NCBI GenBank assembly: GCA_038063895.1
Contig: JBBTUG010000004.1
Coordinates: 1 to 58,058 of the forward strand
Length of the DNA stretch: 58,058 bases
Source: Patescibacteria group bacterium
GTDB taxonomy: Bacteria > Patescibacteriota > WWE3 > JAMCXX01 > JBBTUG01
Direction of reading: 5' to 3'
Of this stretch, positions 17,265 to 25,990 are shown one piece after another (the first letter of the stretch is position 1; each line of letters opens with the position of its first letter). The notes below the pieces were generated by a model, which saw only the letters and a program-made list of their open reading frames with translations, searched no databases and had not been told where the DNA came from. A program made the translations under genes and the position numbers.

Positions 17265-20168
17265 GTGGTCACCGAAGAACTTGAGCTGAATAAATCCCAA
17301 AAAGATGCGGTTAACTTTAACGAGGGGCCGGTTTTAGTTATTGCCGGGGCCGGAACGGGAAAAACACGGGTGATTACGGAGCGCATCCGCCGTCTGATTC
17401 AGGAGGAAAAGGCCCTGCCTTCGGAAATTTTAGCCCTGACCTTTACGGAAAAGGCCGCGGCGGAAATGCTGAATCGACTCGATACCGTCCTGCCGCTCGG
17501 GTATGAGGAGCCTTGGGTTTCGACTTTTCATGCTTTTGGGGAGCGGTTACTCCGCCAGGAAGCGCTTGAGGTCGGTCTAATTCCGGATTACCAGCTAATG
17601 ACCGCCGCGGAGAGCTGGCTATTTTTTCGGCAGCACCTCTTTGAATTTGATCTCAACTACTACCGCCCACTCGGCAACCCGGGAAAATTTATTGCGGCCA
17701 TTCTGACTTTATTTTCCCGTTCTCAGGACGAGAGTGTTACCCCGGAAGAGTTTATGGCTTGGGCCGAAAAAGAGAACAGAGAACGGATGAACGGAGAAAC
17801 GGACGAAAAAGGAAAATGGCTGGAGTTGGCCGCCGCTTACCAAAAATACCAGCAGTTGAAGGTAGAGGCGGGACGTCTGGATTTTGCCGATCTGTTATCC
17901 TGGACGGTCAGAATTTTTAATTCCCGTCCCGCGATCCTGAAAAAATACCGGGAACAGTTTAAATATATCCTGCTGGATGAATTCCAGGACACCAATTATA
18001 TCCAATACCAAATAATTAAATTTCTTGCCCCGGCGGAACAGTCACCAAACCTAATGGTGTGCGCGGATGACGACCAGTCTATCTATAAGTTCCGGGGGGC
18101 GTCTGTCGCCAACGTGCTGGAGTTTAAGACCGATTACCCGTCTGCGAAAATTTTAACTCTGACCGATAATTACCGCTCCCGCCAACCGATTCTTGATGCC
18201 GCTTACCGCCTCATCCAAAATAACAATCCCGACCGTCTGGAAGAAAAACTGAAAATCAGTAAAAAACTGTACTCCCGGATCGAATTTGTTCCAGATGCCG
18301 GCAATTCTGCGGCCTTGAATCTGATTGTTGCCGGAACGGCGGAGGAAGAAGCCGCGGGGGTTGTGGAAAAAATTGCCGAGTTGGTCGCCGCTCCCGAGAG
18401 TTCCTATACTTGGAAAGATTTCGCAATTTTGGCCCGGGCCAACAGTCACTTGGAACGGTTCGTCACAGCGTTACGGGCGGCGGGAGTGCCCTACCAATTA
18501 CTTGGTAATCGGGGACTTTACGACCAGGAGGAGATCCGGGTATTAATCGCGGCATTACGAATACTGGGTGGAAAAGGCGATGACGTGGCTTATTACCAGT
18601 TGCTTAACTCTCCGGGTTTGGTGGTGAGTCCGGCTCTCGTCAGCGACTTACTAACCCAAAGTTACCGCCGCCGCCTGCCGCTTGAGCAGGTTTTAGCCGA
18701 ATACGTCCTGGGGGATAAGGCGGAACAGGGCCTGGTTGCGCTTGTTAATCTGATTACCAAACTTCGGGGTGAGGTCAGCCGGAAGCCAGTTACCCGTCTC
18801 TTCTACGAATTTATTTCTACCTCAAAAATTATGGCCCCGCTGTTGACGGAAGAAACCTTGGAAAATCAGTTGAAAATCCAAAACATCAATATCTTTTTTA
18901 CGAAGATCCGGCAATTTGAAGCGGAAAGCCGTAACCCGACGTTGTTTGATTTTCTTGACTTCCTGGACCTGTGTTTGGACGCCGGCGAGAATCCGGCTCA
19001 GGCGGAAGTGGAGGATATTGATACCGTCAGTTTGCTCACCGTCCACGCGGCCAAGGGACTAGAGTATAGAGTGGTCTTTCTGGTCAGTCTCACTTCCGAC
19101 CGTTTTCCCACCCGTGAGCGGAATGATCCGATCCCCCTGCCGGCGGCGCTAGTTAAGGAGACTTTGCCGGAAGGCGACGCGCACCTGGAAGAAGAGCGGC
19201 GGCTTTTCTACGTGGCGGTAACAAGAGCTAAAGAACGGCTCTACTTGTCGCTGGCGAAAACATACGGCGGGGTACGGGAGAAAAAACCGAGCGGCTTTAT
19301 TTCAGAACTTGGTTTAACGGTAGCGCTGCCGGAAAAATCCACTAAAAAAAACGGGGAGTCGATCAGTTTTCTGAACCAAAGCCAGTCCTTCCCTCCGGAA
19401 TTAATTTCTTCAAGAGGACAAACGATACCCGAGCTGAAATCAGTTTCGTATTCCCAGCTGGAAACTTTTTCCCAGTGTCCTTTAAAATATAAGTACCGTT
19501 ATATCCTCGGATTATCGGGGGAACCCTCCCATGTGCTCGCTTTCGGGCAGACGATTCACCGGACCCTGCGGGATTTTCACCGCCCGGAGATATTAAATCA
19601 GGAAAAAGGCGGTTTACCGAGTTTACTGGAAATTTACGGGCGCCAGTTTTTAGGCGAAGGTTACGAGAGTCAGGAGCACCGGGAACGCCGGTTTCTTCAG
19701 GGCCGGGAAATTTTAGAAAATTATTTTAAGAAGCACCAGGATCTTCTCACCGTACCGGTTTTTCTCGAACAGCGTTTTCGGATTCGGCTGGGGGACATTG
19801 CACTTGTTGGGTCAATCGACCGGGTGGACCGGAGAACGGACGGGACTTACGAAATTATTGATTATAAGACCGGAGAAGGACGGGAGCAAAAGGAGGTTGA
19901 CCGGGATGCTCAGCTCTCAATTTACGCACTGGCCGCCGCCGAAGACTTAAAAATCACGGCCGATCGTCTTTCTTTATATTTTATTGAATCGAATAAGAAA
20001 CTGACCACGAGCAGATCCACCGAAAGTCTTTTGGAGAAAAAAGAAGAACTGCTGGAAACAGTGAATGATATCCGGAGCAGCGCTTTTCCGGCGAAAGTCT
20101 CACTGCTTTGCCGTTACTGCGAATTCCGGCCTCTTTGTCCTGAGTACAAGTTGAGTTTAAACTTATGA
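17265..20168 (+). CDS. UvrD/Rep-family helicase fused to a C-terminal PD-(D/E)XK (Cas4/AddB-like) nuclease
   Basis: Walker A (AGAGTGKT), DEFQD (motif II) and further UvrD motifs. The C-terminal IDRVDR..YEIIDYKTG nuclease motif is followed by a CRYCEFRPLCP cysteine cluster. GTG start. Confidence 0.8.
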   Translation: MVTEELELNKSQKDAVNFNEGPVLVIAGAGTGKTRVITERIRRLIQEEKALPSEILALTFTEKAAAEMLNRLDTVLPLGYEEPWVSTFHAFGERLLRQEALEVGLIPDYQLMTAAESWLFFRQHLFEFDLNYYRPLGNPGKFIAAILTLFSRSQDESVTPEEFMAWAEKENRERMNGETDEKGKWLELAAAYQKYQQLKVEAGRLDFADLLSWTVRIFNSRPAILKKYREQFKYILLDEFQDTNYIQYQIIKFLAPAEQSPNLMVCADDDQSIYKFRGASVANVLEFKTDYPSAKILTLTDNYRSRQPILDAAYRLIQNNNPDRLEEKLKISKKLYSRIEFVPDAGNSAALNLIVAGTAEEEAAGVVEKIAELVAAPESSYTWKDFAILARANSHLERFVTALRAAGVPYQLLGNRGLYDQEEIRVLIAALRILGGKGDDVAYYQLLNSPGLVVSPALVSDLLTQSYRRRLPLEQVLAEYVLGDKAEQGLVALVNLITKLRGEVSRKPVTRLFYEFISTSKIMAPLLTEETLENQLKIQNINIFFTKIRQFEAESRNPTLFDFLDFLDLCLDAGENPAQAEVEDIDTVSLLTVHAAKGLEYRVVFLVSLTSDRFPTRERNDPIPLPAALVKETLPEGDAHLEEERRLFYVAVTRAKERLYLSLAKTYGGVREKKPSGFISELGLTVALPEKSTKKNGESISFLNQSQSFPPELISSRGQTIPELKSVSYSQLETFSQCPLKYKYRYILGLSGEPSHVLAFGQTIHRTLRDFHRPEILNQEKGGLPSLLEIYGRQFLGEGYESQEHRERRFLQGREILENYFKKHQDLLTVPVFLEQRFRIRLGDIALVGSIDRVDRRTDGTYEIIDYKTGEGREQKEVDRDAQLSIYALAAAEDLKITADRLSLYFIESNKKLTTSRSTESLLEKKEELLETVNDIRSSAFPAKVSLLCRYCEFRPLCPEYKLSLNL

Positions 20169-21010
20169 AAATCGGAGCGCACGTTTCCATTGCCGGAGGT
20201 TTAGAGAAATCAGTATTGAGAGCGAAAGAAATCGGCGCGGAAACAATCCAAATTTTCGGCTCCCCACCGCAAACCTTCAAGACGCTGATTTTCGCTGATG
20301 AATCTCTGGCCGATTTTCGCCGGTCTGTAAACCAATTGGGGATCGACTCGGTGTTTTTTCACGGAATTTACCTGATTAACCTCGGGACAGATAGGAAAGA
20401 TTTGCTGGAAGCCTCAATCAACTCTTTAGTCCACTACCTAAATTTAGCTGAAAAGTTAGGAGTGGGGGGAGTGATATTTCATTTAGGTAGCCACAAGGGG
20501 AGTGGGTTTGAAGCCGTCAGGACGCAAATAATTACGGCTCTGAAAACTATTTTAGAGAGATCGGAGGGCAGTAAGCAGCTGATTTTAGAATCCAGCGTCG
20601 GGCAGGGCGGAAGTATCGGCTCCCGCTTCGAAGAGTTGGGCTTTTTTGTTAAGGAATTGAAAAGTGAAAGGCTGAAAATTTGTTTGGATAGCCAGCACCT
20701 TTTCGCTGCCGGTTACCCGGTTCACGAGTTGGTCGGGCTGGACGAAACTTTGGCTAAGTTCGACAACCTGATCGGGTTGGATACCTTGGTTGCCTTCCAT
20801 CTGAATGACTCGAAAGTTCCTTTTCTTTCTTTCCGCGATCGGCACGAAAATATCGGAGAAGGGTACATTGGTCGGGCAGGAATCGGAAATATAATCAACC
20901 ATCCGAAACTATCCCACCTGCCTTTTATATTGGAAACCCCCGGCTTTTCCGGCAATGGGCCGGACCTGAAAAATATCGAAATCGTTAAAAGTCTTGTAAA
21001 ATATACTTAA
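20165..21010 (+). CDS. nfo: Endonuclease IV (deoxyribonuclease IV)
   Basis: MKIGAHVS.., FHGIYLINL, HLGSH, and the HLNDSK..RDRHENIGEG metal-binding motifs of the Nfo TIM barrel. Confidence 0.9.
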   Translation: MKIGAHVSIAGGLEKSVLRAKEIGAETIQIFGSPPQTFKTLIFADESLADFRRSVNQLGIDSVFFHGIYLINLGTDRKDLLEASINSLVHYLNLAEKLGVGGVIFHLGSHKGSGFEAVRTQIITALKTILERSEGSKQLILESSVGQGGSIGSRFEELGFFVKELKSERLKICLDSQHLFAAGYPVHELVGLDETLAKFDNLIGLDTLVAFHLNDSKVPFLSFRDRHENIGEGYIGRAGIGNIINHPKLSHLPFILETPGFSGNGPDLKNIEIVKSLVKYT

Positions 21011-21913
21011 ATGAACTGGGTTTTAATCACTCTTTCCGCCACCTCTTTGTGGGCGGTGGGCAACTACATTGATAAGTTTGTCATCGACAAACATTCTCGG
21101 GGCTTGGGCGGATTAACTATCTATTCGGGTTTGGCCGGGTTTATTATCAGTTTGATTCTATTCCTGATCTTTGCGAAAAATCCCCAGCCAATGCCCGCTC
21201 GAGAAGCGGCGCTTACTCTCTTTTCTGGATTTCTCCTTCTGCTCTACATCCTCCCTTACTTTAAGGCGATGAGCGAGCGGGAAGCCTCGGAGGTGGTTCC
21301 GTTGTTCCAACTCATCCCTTCTATCGCTCTAGTTTTATCTTTTTTCCTAATCGGTGAAAAAATCGACCGCGGGCAGCTCCTTGGCCTTCTTTTGGCGATG
21401 ATTGGTTCGGTGACTATCAGTACAACTAGAGTTCAGGGAATATTTCGGGTTCACTCGTCACTTTTTTACATGGCTCTTTCCTCAGCGATGTTTGCCCTCT
21501 CCATCGTCCTTTTTAAATTTATTTATCTGCAGACCGACTTCTGGACAACCTTAATGTATACCAGTGCTGGATCGTTACTGGCCGCCTTAACACTCAGTCT
21601 TTATCCGCCCTACCGGGGGCAATTTTTCCAGTGGTTGAGGTTACTACCCTCACCAGTGGGAGGGGTGATGATCTTAAATAGCACGCTGGGCCGTCTGGCT
21701 CAGGGACTCTTTAATTTTGCCACGACTTTGGCACCAGTTTCACTAGTGGCGGCGGTCGATTCCACCCAACCGGCTTTCGTTCTAATTTACGGAGTTTTCC
21801 TGACGCTCTTTTTCCCGAAACTGATTAAGGAGGATATTTCGGTCGGCAACCTTTTTAAGAAAGCGATTTCGTTAGCATTTTTGTTCGCCGGAGTTTACCT
21901 AGTCAGCCGTTGA
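21011..21913 (+). CDS. EamA/DMT-family transporter
   Basis: About 10 TM helices arranged as two EamA-like halves. The start codon directly follows the nfo stop. Confidence 0.65.
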   Translation: MNWVLITLSATSLWAVGNYIDKFVIDKHSRGLGGLTIYSGLAGFIISLILFLIFAKNPQPMPAREAALTLFSGFLLLLYILPYFKAMSEREASEVVPLFQLIPSIALVLSFFLIGEKIDRGQLLGLLLAMIGSVTISTTRVQGIFRVHSSLFYMALSSAMFALSIVLFKFIYLQTDFWTTLMYTSAGSLLAALTLSLYPPYRGQFFQWLRLLPSPVGGVMILNSTLGRLAQGLFNFATTLAPVSLVAAVDSTQPAFVLIYGVFLTLFFPKLIKEDISVGNLFKKAISLAFLFAGVYLVSR

Positions 21914-21964
21914 TGAGTGATCACGGATAAAGAATCTTTTTGACAAAATGCCACTGAAGTACTT

Positions 21965-22888
21965 ATGATTAGTAAGGAATATATGCCTGTGATTAACTGG
22001 ATAAAAAGTAACAAGTTTGCCGCCCTCTTAGTCCTTGCTTTAGGAATTCTTCTTTTGAAAGACCCTGTGTTTTCACTCTTTTCCGCCCGTTCCCAAACGG
22101 CCTCCTATTATGGAGGTGGGCTGATGCCCAAAAGCGCTGGGTTTTCAAATAGTGTCGGCCTAGCCCTGCCGGAAATGACGTCCCCGGCCTATCGGGAGGC
22201 GGCGCCAACTACCGACGTCGCCAGCCGAATGGTTGTCCAGGAATCGTCGTTATCCCTTTTAGTGAAAGACGTCCGCCAAGTTCTCACCGCGGTGAAAAGT
22301 AAGATTGAAAGTCTGGGCGGCTATATGGTTAACAGTTACCTTTCCTCTCCGGAGCAAGCTCCAACCGGACAACTTACCCTTCGAACACCACAGGAAAAAC
22401 TGGAAGAATCTTTAGTCTTTATCCGGGCTCAGGGGGTAAAGGTTGTTTCTGAGAATCTTTCCGGAACGGATGTGACCGATCAATTTGTCGACAATGCGGA
22501 AAGGCTGAAAATATTGGAGGGCAATAAGACTCGGTTCGAGGAGATTATGAAGAAAGCGGAGAAAATCGAAGACATCCTGCGGGTGCAGCAGGAGATTTTT
22601 GGTCTGCAGGGCCAAATCGAGGCAATTAAGGGTCAGCAAAACTATCTGACCAAGACTTCCGAAATGTCCCGCCTGACCGTTTATTTCTCGACTGATGAAT
22701 TAGTTCTGCCCTACGCTCCGTCCGACAGTTGGCGCCCGGAGGTAATTTTTAAACAGGCAGTTAGGAGTTTACTGAAGACCGGGCAGAAGTTAGGAACGGT
22801 GGCTATTTGGCTGGCGGTCTATATGGTCGTCCTGGCTCCTATCCTATTGATAGCTTTTCTTCTCTTCCGAAAGTTCCTCCGAAGATAA
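21965..22888 (+). CDS. DUF4349-like membrane-anchored protein
   Basis: N-terminal TM, a central coiled region (FVDNAERLKILEGNKTRFEEIM..ILRVQQEIFGLQGQIEAIKGQQNYL), and a C-terminal TM. This is the architecture typical of DUF4349. Confidence 0.55.
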   Translation: MISKEYMPVINWIKSNKFAALLVLALGILLLKDPVFSLFSARSQTASYYGGGLMPKSAGFSNSVGLALPEMTSPAYREAAPTTDVASRMVVQESSLSLLVKDVRQVLTAVKSKIESLGGYMVNSYLSSPEQAPTGQLTLRTPQEKLEESLVFIRAQGVKVVSENLSGTDVTDQFVDNAERLKILEGNKTRFEEIMKKAEKIEDILRVQQEIFGLQGQIEAIKGQQNYLTKTSEMSRLTVYFSTDELVLPYAPSDSWRPEVIFKQAVRSLLKTGQKLGTVAIWLAVYMVVLAPILLIAFLLFRKFLRR

Positions 22889-22918
22889 TAGGTATTAACG
22901 CCACGAATTTCCTTCACG

Positions 22919-22936
22919 CCTGCCTGCGCAGGCAGG
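22919..22936. terminator. GC-rich perfect palindrome between convergent genes
   Basis: CCTGCCTGCGCAGGCAGG forms a 7-bp stem with a GCGC loop. There is no clear U-tract, so the call is tentative. Confidence 0.4.
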
Positions 22937-22977
22937 AATAATCCACGAATGATTAGCGGCGTTGTTTCTTATTAGAG

Positions 22978-23475
22978 CTACCTAACCCACAACTGCAAAT
23001 CGGATTCTTTGTAATCGGCGTTACTATTCCCGGTATCGCAGCCGTACGTCGGTTTTTGCCGGACGGGCCCCAAACGGCTTTGGCAGAAAACAACCCAGCG
23101 CCCGTCGGTGGTAGTTCCTGTCCCGGATTCACCCGGGTCACCTTTTTCTCCTTTTTCCCCTTGCGGACCGATTGGCCCGGCCGGGCAGGTATTACTACAA
23201 TTCGCAGCGGCGGTTGTACCGCTGGCGGTGGCAGTAGGATTAGAAAAAAAGAGCTTATCCGTTATACTCTGGTCGCCAATTCCCCGTCCACCGGCCGGGG
23301 AGGGGGTGGGAATTGAATATACAGGAAGTGGGTTGGATAGGGTTTGGTCGGAGATACTTTTTAAATCCCGAAGATCAAAATACAAAAAAATGATAACTAC
23401 TGATTGGACAGCGAGGAACAGAACGAGAACAGTTACCGGAGCATATTTCTTTAGGGCAGAGAGAAAATCCTCCAT
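22978..23475 (-). CDS. Membrane-anchored collagen-like (G-X-Y) repeat protein
   Basis: N-terminal TM helix, a Pro/Thr-rich linker, then an uninterrupted GPIGPQGEKGEKGDPGESG Gly-X-Y tract and a Cys-containing C-terminal module. Confidence 0.5.
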   Translation of the reverse strand: MEDFLSALKKYAPVTVLVLFLAVQSVVIIFLYFDLRDLKSISDQTLSNPLPVYSIPTPSPAGGRGIGDQSITDKLFFSNPTATASGTTAAANCSNTCPAGPIGPQGEKGEKGDPGESGTGTTTDGRWVVFCQSRLGPVRQKPTYGCDTGNSNADYKESDLQLWVR

Positions 23476-23597
23476 ACAAAATTATTCTACCACGCTCTTG
23501 CCAACTCAACCCGAGAGACCCGAGTTGTCTTTTGTTATGGGGTGTGATAGGTTATAGGCTGATACGGCTCAAAGAAAGCCTACTAAGGAGGGACTTT

Positions 23598-25103
23598 ATG
23601 GATCTTACCTTTTTAACCCCTCTTGTCCGAGAAGTGGCGGCAAGAGTTATGAGAGAAGAGGGGGCTCCCTTGTTTTTTGATCGTCAGATTGATCAGACCC
23701 CGCTTATTAATCGTGCCTTTTTATGCGCGTACGACGCTGTCTTTAGGTCGGTGTCTTATGAATCGGGGCTGATGGAACGTGTCGCGGCGGAAGTTCTTAC
23801 CCTTCTAGCCAAAACGGTCGGGGCTTTGTCGTGGGGAATACGGCCTTTTGTGGCTGCCGATTCGTTGCTCCTGCTTCCAGGCGAGCAGCTCGGTTTGGAA
23901 ATCGGAAGTACCTACGGGTTGTTCGGTTTCACCGCGGATGGTGCGGCGATGATCCCGGGTGGTTTTATGGACCGGCGCCAAGACCCAATGGGCGATACCA
24001 TTCGGGAGCTGATTGAAGAGGTGCTTCCTGGTAATAATCCCGGCGATATCGTCCCGCGGCTGGTGGTGGCGGAATCAAGTGCTTACGCCCGAGCCCTTTC
24101 CCGTTATCGTCAGAGTGGGTTACAGGTTATCTCCGCGCTGGTGTTATGCACACCGCGACTGGGCGCTACAATAAAGCCTCGGGCCGCTTCGGATAACACC
24201 GGATGGAAATGGCTTCATTTGTTTGAACCCAATGGAACTCCGGACTTTAGCACGATGAGTGGTTATGTTTGGCGTGATGATCACTTCGCGGTTATTGCCC
24301 GTCTGCTCCGCCAGGCCGGTGCTTTCAGTCAACGCCAAAGATTTCAAAGGAACGGTGGTTCCGAGATCCTACGATACTTGGAATCCCTTCCGGAAATCCC
24401 GTTGGTTGTGACTGGCTATCGACCAACTCCGGAAGCGGAAGGGAAGTATACCTTTCCCCGGACTTACAACGTTCAGCTCGCCGAAAAATTGGTAGCGGCG
24501 TTGTTGGCTGAATATCACGTGGGAGCGGCGAAGGCTAATAAAGTCGCCGAAGACTTGGTTGGGGAATTAGTAGCTATAGGGTTCCTTCCGTACTTTGACG
24601 GCCCAGACCCAACGGTGGACGGGGTTGTCGTCGGTTCGGGTGCCAACGCTAATAAGATTCTGCTGTTGCGGGATGACCAGGGGAAGTATTTTCTCCCGGG
24701 AGCAGTAGTGCGCCACGGGGAAACGGTCTTGGCAGCGTTACAGAGAGGACTCTGGGCGAAGGCAAAGATGGATGCGGCTCCCTTGCATTTTGCCGGTCTC
24801 GCGCCCGAATGGCCAACCATCGATGGTCAGGCGGTTTTGCGCGATCCGCGCGGAACTAGTGCCGACTTTCTCTTTATATTGCTGGCCACTTCTCCAGCGG
24901 ATACCACGGCGGATCACCTTTGGCTTCGATTGTGGGATGATCATGGTTCTCCCAACCCTGACCTGGTGAAGCTAAAATTCCGTTATCACCACGGTGAGGT
25001 TTTGGATAAAGTGATGAGGGATATGGTTGCGCAAATGATCTACTCACCGCTTGGTTCGGAGACCTTGCAGGAAGCCGTTTCGCGACGAGGGCTAATCATT
25101 TAG
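23598..25103 (+). CDS. Tandem Nudix-like domain protein (function unknown)
   Basis: I chose the ATG preceded by aaggaggg. Box 1, IPGGFMDRRQDPMGDTIRELIEEV, retains REUxEE. Box 2, LPGAVVRHGETVLAALQRGLWAKAKM, retains GET but has lost the REUxEE glutamates. Confidence 0.45.
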   Translation: MDLTFLTPLVREVAARVMREEGAPLFFDRQIDQTPLINRAFLCAYDAVFRSVSYESGLMERVAAEVLTLLAKTVGALSWGIRPFVAADSLLLLPGEQLGLEIGSTYGLFGFTADGAAMIPGGFMDRRQDPMGDTIRELIEEVLPGNNPGDIVPRLVVAESSAYARALSRYRQSGLQVISALVLCTPRLGATIKPRAASDNTGWKWLHLFEPNGTPDFSTMSGYVWRDDHFAVIARLLRQAGAFSQRQRFQRNGGSEILRYLESLPEIPLVVTGYRPTPEAEGKYTFPRTYNVQLAEKLVAALLAEYHVGAAKANKVAEDLVGELVAIGFLPYFDGPDPTVDGVVVGSGANANKILLLRDDQGKYFLPGAVVRHGETVLAALQRGLWAKAKMDAAPLHFAGLAPEWPTIDGQAVLRDPRGTSADFLFILLATSPADTTADHLWLRLWDDHGSPNPDLVKLKFRYHHGEVLDKVMRDMVAQMIYSPLGSETLQEAVSRRGLII

Positions 25104-25112
25104 TTGACTAGC

Positions 25113-25150
25113 AACGGACTGTTGAGATTTTCAACAGTCCGTTTCATTTT
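25113..25150 (+). terminator. Rho-independent terminator
   Basis: Perfect 13-bp stem aacggactgttga / tcaacagtccgtt with a 5-nt loop, followed by tcatttt. Confidence 0.8.
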
Positions 25151-25154
25151 ATAA

Positions 25155-25188
25155 TTGACAAGAGTCAAATCCCGTGTTAGTTAGTGTA
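25155..25188 (+). promoter_or_regulatory. Candidate operator/promoter box pair upstream of nadD-pncB (shared with the nrtR upstream region)
   Basis: TTGACAAGAG (25155-25164) and TTAGTTAGTGTA (25177-25188) are both repeated exactly at 27738-27747 and 27750-27761. TTGAC-aaga-GTCAA is also an inverted repeat here. Confidence 0.45.
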
Positions 25189-25228
25189 TTAAATACAATT
25201 TTAGGTCATTTAATTTGGCCCTATAGCG

Positions 25229-25257
25229 TTGACCACCCATGCTTTTTATGCTACAAT
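25229..25257 (+). promoter_or_regulatory. Sigma70-like promoter for nadD-pncB
   Basis: TTGACC, 17 nt spacer, TACAAT, with a TGc extended -10. Confidence 0.5.
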
Positions 25258-25303
25258 CCAACCACCTGCCTCGCCTTTATTGGCGCGGTTTTTTTGTTAG
25301 GAG

Positions 25304-25954
25304 ATGGAGGAGGGTATGAACTCAAAAAGCAGGACGAGGCTTACGATCGCTTTAGCCGGTTCAGCGGTGGATCCGTTTCACTTAGGACACCTGGCCTTAC
25401 TGGCTGCACTAATGTCGATGGATTTCGACATTATTTATTGGGTAGTGTCCGGGGCTCGGAAAGGTAAGATACCGAGAGTCGGTCCGGACGACCGGGTGAC
25501 GATGACGCTTCTGGCCATTCCGAAAAAGTGGTTGCTTAGTCTTTGTCCGCGGTTGAAGATTGTCTTCATCGACGCCTACGGCCGCAACACACCGACTATT
25601 ACCTGGCTGCGGCGATTGCATCGTTGGTACCCGGCCGCGGAAGTTACCCTGGTTACCGGCGCCGATTCGGTTTGCGGTGGACCGGACGATCTCAAATACT
25701 GGGATGCCGGGGCTCAGATCTACGAAAAGTGGAAGGTTTTGGTTTTTCCGCGCGTCCACTTTGCTGGAGTAAGAAAGCTCCGGAAAATTTTGAAAAACCG
25801 CCCGAATTTCTCGGTGGTCGACACGGTTTTACCGGACGTGGCCAGCCGGGAAATTTGTACGCGGATTGGTTTAGGGAAGAAACGCTGGACGCATTTGGTT
25901 CCACGTCCTGTGGCACTTTTTATTAAAAGAAACCACCTGTACGGAAACAGGTGA
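25304..25954 (+). CDS. nadD: Nicotinate-nucleotide adenylyltransferase (NadD-like)
   Basis: GSAVDPFHLGH ((H/T)xGH motif), RVTMTLLAI, TLVTGADS, and DVASREICTRI (an ISSTxIR-like motif). It is colinear with NadD. An alternative start at 25316 has better SD spacing. Confidence 0.75.
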   Translation: MEEGMNSKSRTRLTIALAGSAVDPFHLGHLALLAALMSMDFDIIYWVVSGARKGKIPRVGPDDRVTMTLLAIPKKWLLSLCPRLKIVFIDAYGRNTPTITWLRRLHRWYPAAEVTLVTGADSVCGGPDDLKYWDAGAQIYEKWKVLVFPRVHFAGVRKLRKILKNRPNFSVVDTVLPDVASREICTRIGLGKKRWTHLVPRPVALFIKRNHLYGNR

Positions 25955-25990
25955 GCATTCAACAAAGGTCAAAATTGACCGAGGAGGGGT

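Noticed and set aside
22900-22948. An 8-nt direct repeat CCACGAAT flanking the CCTGCCTGCGCAGGCAGG palindrome. This could be a target-site duplication of a miniature insertion.
   Set aside because: The enclosed segment is only about 34 nt and has no terminal inverted repeats. An 8-mer repeated once within 50 nt could be chance. The palindrome is adequately explained as a terminator hairpin between convergent genes.
25174-25467. 97-aa ORF (GTG start) upstream of and overlapping nadD.
   Set aside because: It starts inside the shared regulatory box, runs across the nadD promoter and RBS in another frame, and has no recognisable protein features.
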